A stretch of DNA of 64,000 nt, taken from the IMG/VR virus record IMGVR_UViG_3300031992_000044; one strand, given 5' to 3'. Under the pieces are notes generated by a model. That model worked only from the letters and a program-made list of their open reading frames with translations. It did not search any database and was not told the origin of the DNA. Shown piece by piece: positions 36,129-45,584 of this stretch (its first letter is position 1; the number at the start of each line of letters is the position of its first letter). Made by a program: the position numbers and the translations under genes. The stretch is from a virus.

Positions 36129-36729
36129 CCAGTCCTCCACCACTGACCTTTTATAATTCCCTTCCGTTTCACTACAGTTAATCTAAACATACACTAAAGA
36201 AACTAAACGTCTGTAGGTTCGTCCCGTACTCGGCATTTTTGTTTAACGACAGAAAACTAACTGTCCGGGCGGATTATTTGGTTGTCAGCACCACTGACCT
36301 TTTATTAGCTTTCACGTTACCCCTTCTAGGCGAAGCCTAGTTTGTTCGTACGATTTCCACGTACCCGCAGTTTATTAGACTTACGCGGAACGATTATCTA
36401 ATCTATTGGTTGTCATCACCATAATTCCTGATCCGTGTATCGATATAATAATATATCAATCGTTTCCGTTATTAAAACGGTGGCCATCAGCACCACTGAC
36501 CTTTAGCCAAAGACCAAGATATGCCTTCTCGGCCCTAGGATTTGGACTCTACGGTTATCGTTTATTCCGTAGCGAATGGTTGTCAGCACCACTGACCATT
36601 ATACAGACAAATTCTTTGTTATCTTGGTATATAGTTCCGGATGTTCTCTATGTAGCATCTTCAAAACATCTTCTACTTCAAATAGCAAATCTTTTGTCTG
36701 TTCCTTTAAAAAGGCAGGTCGTCAGCACC
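36129..36729. repeat. array of 5-6 copies of a 20-mer GGTTGTCAGCACCACTGACC
   Basis: Identical copies at 36280-36299 and 36578-36597. Variants at 36129-36148, 36408-36420, 36482-36501 and 36717-36729. The motif contains GTCAG-N5-CTGAC. An AT-only inverted repeat GATATAATAATATATC sits at 36442-36457. Confidence 0.8.
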
Positions 36730-37308
36730 TGTAGAGTCTGCAGTCACCGGAGCAGATGCGCCAATATTAGGCGATCCGAGCGGATCGACAGGCTTTTCTA
36801 CATCAGCCTGTACAGGGCGCTCCAAAAGATCGTTCTTCCAAAGCTTAATCTGAGACTCTGCAACATCCATAGACTCAATGAATATACCATTCTTAGAGAC
36901 TGTGGTATAACCCTTCTTATCATAAATCACCTTAAGGCGAACATTCTTACCGTCTCCAGCAAGACATGCTTTAGCCCATGTAATCATTTCAATAAATGAG
37001 GAACCCTCAAAATCTCCATGACTACCTTTAACTGCATCTATAACCTGCAGAATACGTCCGAATTGCTGATTATCACGACGCTGCAAATCCTCGTCGGTCT
37101 TAATCCACATATTCTTAGTATTCTTCCATTCAGTCATAGTTACTGTCTGGCCTTCACTATTCTGGAAGATAATCTCCAGAAAGTCAAGACCCTGAGGTGA
37201 CTTATTAACATTTACTTCTTTAATGGTAATATTTTCGTTGATGCCTACTGGCATATATGAGCTTGTAAACTCAGTATTGCTTGTTGTTGCTGTTTTTGTA
37301 CTATACAT
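36706..37308 (-). CDS. ssb: single-stranded DNA-binding protein
   Basis: 200-aa ORF whose C-terminus ...GADDLPF is the acidic SSB tip (compare the DDDIPF type). It lies in the replication module. Confidence 0.65.
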   Translation of the reverse strand: MYSTKTATTSNTEFTSSYMPVGINENITIKEVNVNKSPQGLDFLEIIFQNSEGQTVTMTEWKNTKNMWIKTDEDLQRRDNQQFGRILQVIDAVKGSHGDFEGSSFIEMITWAKACLAGDGKNVRLKVIYDKKGYTTVSKNGIFIESMDVAESQIKLWKNDLLERPVQADVEKPVDPLGSPNIGASAPVTADSTGADDLPF

Positions 37309-37345
37309 AATTTCTTCCTTTTAATTACTGATTCTAGATTCTGAA

Positions 37346-38092
37346 TTATTCGGGCTTATAAATTCGATTCCAATAGGTTGTTATACTTCCGTCTTCATTC
37401 CCAGTAGCGATGACAACATCTTTACCTGCAATGTGTCTGGCACGAGCCTCCATAATAGTCCCGTCTCCTCCAGACTTGAAACTAATGTGAGTTTCATTGT
37501 CTTTTCGGTAAACGTATCCGACTGCATCAGCCATTCCGCAAACGATTTTTCCAAGTTTTCCGACGAGGTCGATCTCTTTTGCGTTGACCTCTTCGCCATC
37601 TTTATCGGTGATACTATCTTTGACATGACCAACTAGGATAAACTCGTCACAAAGTTCTTTGAACATATCGATAACCTTCTTTACGGCATCTCGAAGATAC
37701 TTATAACCAGCACCCCTTGCGAGAGTAGTTACATCATCTCCTTTCCAGTTCTTACCAAGCTCTGTTTTTCGATATAAAGTACAAGCATAACTCATACATA
37801 TATCTTCCAGACGAGTAGCATTATCTATTGTAATGTGTTTATAGAAATTATGCCCTACTTCAGCATTCTTAGCTCTAATGGCTTGAGCAATCTCTCCCAA
37901 ATCATTGATGGTTCTGGCTTGTATAGCCATAGCATCAATAAACTGAGATCCTCCCTCAAGGTCTATGATGAGGTTGTTATCGAGTTGTGCAAGAGCACTG
38001 GTCTTTCCTGCTTTAGGAAGACCATACAACACCATATATTGAGGGTTAGTAGAGATTGCTGGAATCTTTGATGTAGGTAATGTTAGACTCAT
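37346..38092 (-). CDS. Sak4-like RecA-fold ATPase (AAA_24 type)
   Basis: Walker A GLPKAGKTS near the N-terminus, and size and layout typical of phage Sak4. Confidence 0.6.
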   Translation of the reverse strand: MSLTLPTSKIPAISTNPQYMVLYGLPKAGKTSALAQLDNNLIIDLEGGSQFIDAMAIQARTINDLGEIAQAIRAKNAEVGHNFYKHITIDNATRLEDICMSYACTLYRKTELGKNWKGDDVTTLARGAGYKYLRDAVKKVIDMFKELCDEFILVGHVKDSITDKDGEEVNAKEIDLVGKLGKIVCGMADAVGYVYRKDNETHISFKSGGDGTIMEARARHIAGKDVVIATGNEDGSITTYWNRIYKPE

Positions 38093-38108
38093 AGGTTCTT
38101 AATTTTTA

Positions 38109-38594
38109 TTAAAGGAGATTAATGTTAATGTTAGCTGCACCAGTGGTGTAGATATTAATAATAATCTTCTTCGTGTTATCGGTAATACCGTTCAGGAACG
38201 ACAAATCAGAGAAATCAGAATACTTATAGGTGTCAAAACCAATCTGAATCTCGTCATCGTAGAACACGATCGGAGTACCATCACTAAGCGTATACATCTT
38301 ACCAAGAGTATAAGGAATAGTCTTATAGATCTTCTTGTTCTTCTTATAGTTGGCAAGGAAGTTTGCAGCCTTGATGAATTTGTCATCAGCCTTCAGATAG
38401 CTGCTGCTAAGAGGAATATACGTTGTGCTATCAGAGTTGTCGATATTAAACAGATAACTGTTCTTCTTCTTTATATCAGAAAGAATAATATTATCGATAA
38501 TCTCAGAATAGTTGGGCTCATAACTAATATTGTTAAAAGGAATAAACGTAGTATTATTGTTCTTCTTAGTTGTAAACTTGTAAGTCTTAATCAT
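38109..38594 (-). CDS. hypothetical protein (Asn-rich)
   Basis: 161-aa ORF, tightly packed between neighbours. Confidence 0.55.
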   Translation of the reverse strand: MIKTYKFTTKKNNNTTFIPFNNISYEPNYSEIIDNIILSDIKKKNSYLFNIDNSDSTTYIPLSSSYLKADDKFIKAANFLANYKKNKKIYKTIPYTLGKMYTLSDGTPIVFYDDEIQIGFDTYKYSDFSDLSFLNGITDNTKKIIINIYTTGAANININLL

Positions 38595-38620
38595 ATTCAG
38601 CCTGTATTTTAACGTTAATA

Positions 38621-39556
38621 TTAGCCACCAGCTACTTCCTTTATATTGTTATACATCAAGTCATTCTCGAACTCAAGTATGCAGGGCTTTCCTGCGTCTC
38701 TATTCTTTAGCATGTGCATATAGATCTTATTCTGTGTAGGCAGATGATTCGGTCCATACTCTTGTATATTCAATATTTCAGGTCTGTGCATAACGAGAAC
38801 GTAGTCGCTCGCTTGAAAAATTGCATCTGATGACGATATGTCACTTCTCATAGGATAGTGACTCAACGGATTGTTGATACGTTCTGAAGACTCAATATTT
38901 CTATTCATTTGTGCAATCTGAATGACTGTTGTAAGCGGGAGTTTCTTTGCTTGTATAAACACACGCTCTAATTCACTCGTTGTCTCGATCACTGTTCCTG
39001 TTTGTTTTGTTAATAGTGCGTGATCGTACGTGATTACAAAATGTTTCCCAGTACCTTTTACATACTGGTTATAGAAACTATTTATGATTTGTTCTACCTG
39101 CATAGGAGTACATGGATTGTCTACAAAATAGACTGGATACTCCTTTAGCTTGTTGGAAACACTGATAACTTTTCTGAAGGTTTCGTCATCTAGGTCCGTT
39201 TCCGAACTATACAAAGCAGAAGTAGTCTTTCTCAGCTTATTTGAAAGAGCTCTTCCTACTTGCCTAAATCCAACCATCTCTAACGAGAAGTTTAGAATAA
39301 TCATGTCTTCAGTTGGATTCAAGTCAATTAAATCGAAAGTCAATGAATTTACAAACGATGACTTTCCACTTCCTGATATGCCGGCTATGGTATAAACGGT
39401 ATTTGGTTCAATACCTCCCATACACTGCTTATTGAACTTAACCCATCTTGTCTTTAACGACTGAATATCGTGACTTCTACGTCCTTCAATATAGTTAATA
39501 GCCTCTTGTGCTACAACTCGTATTGGTCGAACGATATTAGATAAGTTCTGTTCCAT
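38621..39556 (-). CDS. DnaB-like replicative helicase (RecA-fold domain)
   Basis: Walker A GISGSGKSSF, Walker B-like FVITYDHALL, and a QMNRN motif region. Confidence 0.7.
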   Translation of the reverse strand: MEQNLSNIVRPIRVVAQEAINYIEGRRSHDIQSLKTRWVKFNKQCMGGIEPNTVYTIAGISGSGKSSFVNSLTFDLIDLNPTEDMIILNFSLEMVGFRQVGRALSNKLRKTTSALYSSETDLDDETFRKVISVSNKLKEYPVYFVDNPCTPMQVEQIINSFYNQYVKGTGKHFVITYDHALLTKQTGTVIETTSELERVFIQAKKLPLTTVIQIAQMNRNIESSERINNPLSHYPMRSDISSSDAIFQASDYVLVMHRPEILNIQEYGPNHLPTQNKIYMHMLKNRDAGKPCILEFENDLMYNNIKEVAGG

Positions 39557-40100
39557 AAGAATTTACAGTTTTTGCTGTATCTTGCATTTCTTCCTCAATT
39601 GCTTCCCATTGTGAACGCGTTAGCCAATTCCACATAGTCATCATATAACTCAGACTTCCTTCGCGCATTCGCTTAGAAATCTCATAATCCAAACACTTAA
39701 TGATATGTTCTGCCATAGCCGAACTTTTACCACATTTAGCGTTAAAGAAATGACGACATTTGTTTACATTAGCTCGTAGATAGCATTTACTGCCATCTGT
39801 TCGCATTACATACACTGGGTACATATCGTAGAATAGATCAAAATAATCTTTCTCATTAGCTACAGCTTGCTTAAGCTTATCTGTAGCTTGATATGTAATT
39901 GACTCACCGCTCTCTATCGCGGTTACTAGTTCTTGAGAAATTAAGTATGATATATCTTCGTCGCTAATAAGGCTGACAACTTTGCGGACGTCTTGATATT
40001 TTGGTTGATTCTTATCCAATATCATACTTAGGAAAATTAACTGACTTGAGTTTAACTCTGGGACTTTATCCAAGAGTTGAGTGTTTACTTCAATAATCAT
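39537..40100 (-). CDS. hypothetical protein (replication-module)
   Basis: 187-aa ORF overlapping the helicase start. Confidence 0.55.
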   Translation of the reverse strand: MIIEVNTQLLDKVPELNSSQLIFLSMILDKNQPKYQDVRKVVSLISDEDISYLISQELVTAIESGESITYQATDKLKQAVANEKDYFDLFYDMYPVYVMRTDGSKCYLRANVNKCRHFFNAKCGKSSAMAEHIIKCLDYEISKRMREGSLSYMMTMWNWLTRSQWEAIEEEMQDTAKTVNSYGTELI

Positions 40101-40133
40101 AGCTTACTGACTCTTTGGTTCTCAAGTTGGTTA

Positions 40134-41999
40134 CTAAAATAACTCTAGTTGCTGTTCAGTGAAGTCGGCAACTATCTTTTTGGCTTCACTGATATAGTAA
40201 CGATAGTTAATCTTTCGATCTTCTATCGGTAGATCATCAAACTTATTCAGGATAGTAACTCCTGATTTTGTTAGCATATTTGCTTTTTCTCTTGTACTTT
40301 CTGGATCATACTTAAATAAATATTTTCCATCTGTACTTGCGTAGAATCTGTTAATCCGTTGTATCTTCTGTTCTCCATGATACACTTCAAACTTCTTATC
40401 AACGGCTTGAGACACGAGGAAATCGCGTATGTCTCTATCGTTCTTAATGAACTCTTCAATAGATTCTCCAGTAGTAAAGTAGTTTATCACAGCCTTTGGA
40501 ATAACCACAGGCGAAAGTCCTTTGCCTAACTTTGTTTCAGTAATAAACATACCTTTTTCTTCTATCTCTCCGCCTTTCAAGACACCAAAGTAGTCATTGA
40601 TTGCGTATTGATAGAATGCTTCGTACTCATCAGTCTCGAATTCTAGACGCGTAAGTTTTTCAACCTCGGCAATAGCGTCTAAAATAGCCTGTTTAAAGCA
40701 CTTTTTAGCCCTGTAGACGACACCATCGGTGTTACACTGAATAATTTCACACCCAAGGTCTAAAAGCCTGTCTACGAGCAAAAGAAGTATTAACTGGCCA
40801 TTAATTCTTATCTTAAAGACATTGAAAGGATCATACATCCAACTTACTTCCTGCTGCATTTTACCAGTAGGAGAATTGAGCACAATCTTCAGAAACTTAT
40901 TCTTTGTAGTCTGACCTGTACGTTTTGCTTCTAGTCTTTCGACTTTCAATCCGGCAAATAGATCGCAAAATAGTTTTCTCAAGTGACGAGGTCCAAATTG
41001 ATATTCTATCAATAAAGACGGGTACATCGACGCCACATCTGCGTGCCCTATAAACTCGTCATCAGCTGGGAGGAATATCTTTGGTGTATGAATAGTATGA
41101 ATACCACCAACACCAATAGAATATACCACATTCGAGAGAACAAACTTCTTCTCGTAGCCTTTTCGCTCCTTAGAGTAAACTACCTGTTTCTTCATTTCCT
41201 CTAAGACGCTCTGTAACTTTGGATTTTTATATGATATAAATGGCAGTATGACATCCTTCAATGGAATATAATCCATCGGGGAACGCATTTCCTTTATTAC
41301 ATTTTTAGGAATACCTGACTTCTCTGAATATTTTTCGAGTAGAAAGGTCTCTGCCATTTTAACAGAATCCATTGATAAACAATCAATTCCGTGTTCTTCT
41401 TGTATGAAGAGTCTGAGTTCTATGTCTTTCTTCAACCGGTTTAATAACTCTGTGGTTGATTCTACATCATTGATATTATAGCCAATCATATTGTCTATTT
41501 GGTCTACTGGTATAGGCTCTTCGAAGTTTCCTTCATATTCATAGACATTACGATAATGCATTGTCACCTGCATGCTTTTAAGACCAACTCGTAGTTTCTG
41601 ACTGAACATCATGGTTAGTAAGTCCATCGATTGAAAGTAATGTGCATACTTCCATCGTTTGAACTTATCTATATTCCCATCTTCTGCATTCACAATAGTT
41701 TGTGAGAGATTAAACAGAGATAAGCATATTCTCCAAAATGGAAGTTGATCCATCTTGTAAAACATATCAATCATATAATTTACTATAACATCATCATAAT
41801 GATGATTATTATATCCACAGAACATTTTGTCTTTGGAGTCATAGTAAAAGAAATCAACCAGTTGTTTTAGCTGGTTGACTCTCTCACTAATTTCGAATTT
41901 ATATAATTGATTAGTCTCTGTATCTTTACACACGCAATGGAAGCAGTTGGGAAATACTTCTATGTCGTATGTTACGACCGTTGCATTGCGTATAATCAT
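40134..41999 (-). CDS. family B DNA polymerase
   Basis: Exo I YDIEV, Exo II YNNHHYDDVIV, Exo III YNINDVEST, motif A DVASMYPSLL (DxxSLYPS), motif B KIVLNSPTGK, motif C CNTDGV. It ends in tandem stops TAG-TAA. Confidence 0.8.
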   Translation of the reverse strand: MIIRNATVVTYDIEVFPNCFHCVCKDTETNQLYKFEISERVNQLKQLVDFFYYDSKDKMFCGYNNHHYDDVIVNYMIDMFYKMDQLPFWRICLSLFNLSQTIVNAEDGNIDKFKRWKYAHYFQSMDLLTMMFSQKLRVGLKSMQVTMHYRNVYEYEGNFEEPIPVDQIDNMIGYNINDVESTTELLNRLKKDIELRLFIQEEHGIDCLSMDSVKMAETFLLEKYSEKSGIPKNVIKEMRSPMDYIPLKDVILPFISYKNPKLQSVLEEMKKQVVYSKERKGYEKKFVLSNVVYSIGVGGIHTIHTPKIFLPADDEFIGHADVASMYPSLLIEYQFGPRHLRKLFCDLFAGLKVERLEAKRTGQTTKNKFLKIVLNSPTGKMQQEVSWMYDPFNVFKIRINGQLILLLLVDRLLDLGCEIIQCNTDGVVYRAKKCFKQAILDAIAEVEKLTRLEFETDEYEAFYQYAINDYFGVLKGGEIEEKGMFITETKLGKGLSPVVIPKAVINYFTTGESIEEFIKNDRDIRDFLVSQAVDKKFEVYHGEQKIQRINRFYASTDGKYLFKYDPESTREKANMLTKSGVTILNKFDDLPIEDRKINYRYYISEAKKIVADFTEQQLELF

Positions 42000-42025
42000 G
42001 ACTCAAAGGTTCTAAAGATTAATTG

Positions 42026-42138
42026 CGTACACCGAGGAATCGAACCTCTCTCCGTTTCTGGTTAACGAAGAACCATCCTAACGTCTATTGTGTTGGATAT
42101 GATAGCTTGCTGTAATGTTATTGACTCTGGTGGTGTAC
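42026..42138 (-). ncRNA. tRNA-like element (irregular; possible degenerate tRNA with UCG-type anticodon arm)
   Basis: Minus strand: GTACACC ... TGGTT CTTCGTT AACCA ... GAGG TTCGATT CCTC GGTGTAC. A perfect 7-bp terminal stem, a T arm and one 5-bp/7-nt arm are present, but about 45 nt replace the D arm. Confidence 0.35.
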
Positions 42139-42145
42139 TAATCAC

Positions 42146-42934
42146 TTATGCTGCTTTACGCATCATCATGAGATTTGTAGGGAGTATAATTCGTCCCTTT
42201 GTTCCTTTATGGTCTTTTAGATTAGTAGACACAAGATTCATATGTTTTGCATGAATTGTGTCTGTGACCATTTGGGCTTTCTTAAGTAGCTTAGACTTCT
42301 TACTGAGGTCATTTACGTTATGCCCTTCTCCGTTGATGTCTTTTATAGTAGCTACTTCTTTTTCTTCGAACTTCCCATCAGCCGTCTTAAAACGACCAAT
42401 GAGATGTAATTTGTCGTATGCAGAGACTACCATATCTCTGAATCGTTCTACAGCCTTATCGTGTTCTTCTTGCCAAGCAACCTGATATTCGACTTTGAAT
42501 AAGTCGTCATCTTGGCACGGCTTCGGGTTCTTCTTCTCCCACTTAGCCGTTTTATGTTCGACAATCTTTTCCCAAAAGGAAACTCTACTCATTGGTATAG
42601 GATCCTTATGGAAGTATTCTGACTCATGCTTTACAAGCTTATGTTCTGTAGCCCAACCTTTCTCCTTAGAGAATGTTGATATATACTCCCACTTCTTACG
42701 CGAATGAAGTAGACGATGTGGCTGTTTTGTTTTCTCCTGTTTCCAGGGTTTTGCATCCTGTACATAGTGCACATCATTCTTACCAAAGATGACCTTCTTT
42801 AACATCTTAATGTCAAAGATCGGTTTATCTTTAGGCATGTTGTTAACGCAATCGTTAACGTTCCTGGATGCAATAATTGCACGCTTTTTGTTGCGCAGTT
42901 TTACCTCGCGCTGTTTGCTCTTTGATAGTACCAT
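42146..42934 (-). CDS. hypothetical basic protein
   Basis: 262-aa ORF, preceded by AAAGGAGGTGAACTATG. Confidence 0.6.
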   Translation of the reverse strand: MVLSKSKQREVKLRNKKRAIIASRNVNDCVNNMPKDKPIFDIKMLKKVIFGKNDVHYVQDAKPWKQEKTKQPHRLLHSRKKWEYISTFSKEKGWATEHKLVKHESEYFHKDPIPMSRVSFWEKIVEHKTAKWEKKNPKPCQDDDLFKVEYQVAWQEEHDKAVERFRDMVVSAYDKLHLIGRFKTADGKFEEKEVATIKDINGEGHNVNDLSKKSKLLKKAQMVTDTIHAKHMNLVSTNLKDHKGTKGRIILPTNLMMMRKAA

Positions 42935-42948
42935 AGTTCACCTCCTTT

Positions 42949-43668
42949 CTATGCAGCTTTTTTGAGGCTCGTAGAGGCCTTTTTAGAGCCCGTAGAGCGC
43001 TTTGTTTTCTGCAGGTGGATAACATTAGCCTTGCGATCTTTCTTGGCCTTAGCGAGGCGTTCTCGCTTTGCTGTAAATGCAGTTTTTTTGCTACGTTTCG
43101 TGCGATTCGTATTACGTGACACATTGGCAAACTTACGACGTTCCTTAGCTGCTTTCTTAGCTTCTGCCGTATTGTTTGAAGGCTTCTTCACCTTAATAGG
43201 CTCTGATTTAGGAAGTACAGATTCGAACTTCTTAGCGTACGGGTGGATACTAGCAAATGTCCCTATTGTTTCACGAACTTTTGCCAATACTGACTGATCA
43301 CCTTCTATCAGTGCCCAGCTGAATGTCTCCTTCTTCTTAGTAAGAATAAGAAGTTTACAGTTAATCTTAGCATTCTTCAGGGCCTGTACTGCCATGTCTT
43401 CCATTCCTGAATGGAATATTACATGTATACTATACTGATTAGGCTCCTTGAGCTGCTTCTTCAGCTTTTCTACGCACTCGTTAATCTGTTCTTCAGACAT
43501 ACCCATTCGCTTTGCACGACGCTTAAGAGCATTTACACGACGGTTCTCGTATTCCTGCTCCTTTGCTTTACGAATCTCTTCCTTAGACTTTATAGTCTTT
43601 ACCTTACCTGTTGGTACTTTTGTGGCCTGACCATTCTTGGTAGTTTCCACAGATGTATTTTTATTCAT
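42949..43668 (-). CDS. hypothetical Lys/Arg-rich protein
   Basis: 239-aa ORF. The start lies in the conserved TTATCAAAATG context. It ends in TAG. Confidence 0.6.
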   Translation of the reverse strand: MNKNTSVETTKNGQATKVPTGKVKTIKSKEEIRKAKEQEYENRRVNALKRRAKRMGMSEEQINECVEKLKKQLKEPNQYSIHVIFHSGMEDMAVQALKNAKINCKLLILTKKKETFSWALIEGDQSVLAKVRETIGTFASIHPYAKKFESVLPKSEPIKVKKPSNNTAEAKKAAKERRKFANVSRNTNRTKRSKKTAFTAKRERLAKAKKDRKANVIHLQKTKRSTGSKKASTSLKKAA

Positions 43669-43693
43669 TTTGATAATGCTTTATTAGTTAATA

Positions 43694-44068
43694 TTATGCT
43701 ACTTTTTTGTAGCGAATCAGACCCGTTGCTTCCGGATCCCATTCATAGCGAACACCTCGCATATAGAACCCTGCTATTTTACGTGCAGGCATAGACGTTA
43801 CTTTTGCATGCACAACAGGTGCTGTCTTCTCCTTCTTTGGTTGGATGACTATATCTATGTGGTTCACATTGAAACGCTGTTTCATTTCTTCACGTGTAAA
43901 TGTAGTACGCTTACGGTATATCTTTATTTTTACGTACTTCTGCTTTTCAGCATCCCATACACGTTTTGTTCTATATTGACACGAGGTTTTAGCTCGACGT
44001 TCTTTTCTTTCTTTTTCACCGCCGAAGAACTGAGTCTTCTTTAAAGTGGATAAATTCTCTTTTGCCAT
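43694..44068 (-). CDS. hypothetical basic protein
   Basis: 124-aa ORF. The start lies in the TTATCAAAATG context. Confidence 0.55.
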   Translation of the reverse strand: MAKENLSTLKKTQFFGGEKERKERRAKTSCQYRTKRVWDAEKQKYVKIKIYRKRTTFTREEMKQRFNVNHIDIVIQPKKEKTAPVVHAKVTSMPARKIAGFYMRGVRYEWDPEATGLIRYKKVA

Positions 44069-44117
44069 TTTGATAACAGTTTAGAGGGTTTGACATATTT
44101 TTGGGAAAATACATTTG

Positions 44118-44188
44118 TTGGGTCACACGGATTCGAACCATGACTAAGGGAACCAAAATCCCTTGTGCCGCCATTACACCATAACCCA
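44118..44188 (-). tRNA. tRNA-Gln (anticodon UUG)
   Basis: Minus strand: TGGGTTA TG GTGT AATGGCG GCAC A AGGGA TTTTGGT TCCCT TAGT CATGG TTCGAAT CCGTG TGACCCA A. All four arms are canonical. Confidence 0.8.
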
Positions 44189-44195
44189 GAGTTGC

Positions 44196-44738
44196 TTATA
44201 TAGCAAGCTCAGCTTTAAACTCATCCGCAACAGAAGTAATCTCAATACTTGTATTAGTATTAAACTCCTCCATAGCAGCATCGAAGTTCACCGCTTTAAG
44301 CTGCAACTCCTTAATGAGAGAAGCAATCTTAGCTGAGGTAAACACCTCATCCTTACCCATCTTAGATGCGCCACCCTTCTTCGACTTAGTAGCCGGATCC
44401 AAAGTAGGAACCATCTTAAGCTGAGCAATAGCCTCCTTCATCTCGGTGGCCATAAAAATATTATAATTATTTGTCTTCTTAAACTTCTCCTTATCGAAAG
44501 TAGTCTCACCCATATTCAGATAGAAGAGCATACCCTTGATAAGCACAAGCTTCTCTGACATCTGCATAATCTCATTATACAGAGCCTTGAGGTCATACTT
44601 ACGGAAACCGTTCTTAACCTCCTTCGTGGACAACAAGTTGGTTGTTCGGATCTGCATCCAATTATCCTTCTTTTTCTTATCGATGTCCTTACGAATATTA
44701 ATGATGTTCTTAGAGTTAAACTTTATTGATTTCGTCAT
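44196..44738 (-). CDS. hypothetical protein
   Basis: 180-aa ORF. Confidence 0.6.
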   Translation of the reverse strand: MTKSIKFNSKNIINIRKDIDKKKKDNWMQIRTTNLLSTKEVKNGFRKYDLKALYNEIMQMSEKLVLIKGMLFYLNMGETTFDKEKFKKTNNYNIFMATEMKEAIAQLKMVPTLDPATKSKKGGASKMGKDEVFTSAKIASLIKELQLKAVNFDAAMEEFNTNTSIEITSVADEFKAELAI

Positions 44739-44988
44739 ACGCGTCTTGATTTAAGTTTATACTATACTTGAGAACATCTGCCTACGTAATCTATGGTGGA
44801 TACGATCCCCCATAAACTAAAAAGTATCCTAGGTAGAGCAGTCCCTCAAGACTACTCTACCAGACTCCCTCGAGAGTCATATAGGATAAGATATTGTTGC
44901 TTTCTTTTATGCTTCTTTTTGTGTATAATACATATTGCGATAGTTTTCAATCAGTGACCCCACGAGGTATGATTTAATCTCTTCGAGA

Positions 44989-45582
44989 TTAGTTTTCTTC
45001 TATTACAGTATGTACACCAACAACGCCAAGTTCGCACTCCAGAAATGCTTTTCCAGTTGCATCAGGAAAACGCACCGTTTTGTGAGTTTTTCCATCTATG
45101 TTGACATTAACATTCACAGGATTGTTGACCGGTACAGCAACACGAGCTACGCTCGGGCCCGACTTCCCCAGGGATCCCTCGAGATCCGCTCCACCCTTGT
45201 TATTACATACATGATCATAACATTCCTGTAGACGCTTTACAACCCAGTTGTACTCTTTCTCACGCTGTGACTTTTCCATCAGTTCGCGTCCAAGCCCTTT
45301 TTGTAGGGCTTCCTTATTACCTCCTGCAGAGAGGTCCACCAATGCATCCCATACAGCCGAAACGAATGCATGGAATGTTAGTGGGAATTGACATTTGATA
45401 AGGCGATTCCACCACCAATACCTGGTTTCACCAAGCACTACGATACCAGAATCATGTACCTTATATGTCACATAGGGTCTACCCTCCTCTCCCGCAGACA
45501 TTACTTTATTACGAATCGTCTCGTTGAGCATCAATCGCTCAATGTTCAACTTCGAATCCGGTGTGAGGAGTTTCTTCTTCAT
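44989..45582 (-). CDS. hypothetical protein
   Basis: 197-aa ORF, adjacent to the upstream gene. Confidence 0.6.
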   Translation of the reverse strand: MKKKLLTPDSKLNIERLMLNETIRNKVMSAGEEGRPYVTYKVHDSGIVVLGETRYWWWNRLIKCQFPLTFHAFVSAVWDALVDLSAGGNKEALQKGLGRELMEKSQREKEYNWVVKRLQECYDHVCNNKGGADLEGSLGKSGPSVARVAVPVNNPVNVNVNIDGKTHKTVRFPDATGKAFLECELGVVGVHTVIEEN

Positions 45583-45584
45583 GG

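Noticed and set aside
36129-36729. CRISPR array interpretation of the repeated 20-mers
   Set aside because: The spacing is irregular and too long (74-151 nt), the repeats are degenerate, and there are no cas genes. The motif is a short palindrome typical of protein-binding sites.
36406-36999. + strand 197-aa ORF
   Set aside because: It runs through the repeat array and then antisense into the SSB gene. It has no coding-like composition or context.
42935-42951. The Shine-Dalgarno-like AAAGGAGGTGA upstream of 42146-42934 as evidence for an SD-using (non-Bacteroidetes) host
   Set aside because: It is a single occurrence. Other starts in the window lack SD sequences and instead show A-rich or TTATCAAAATG contexts.
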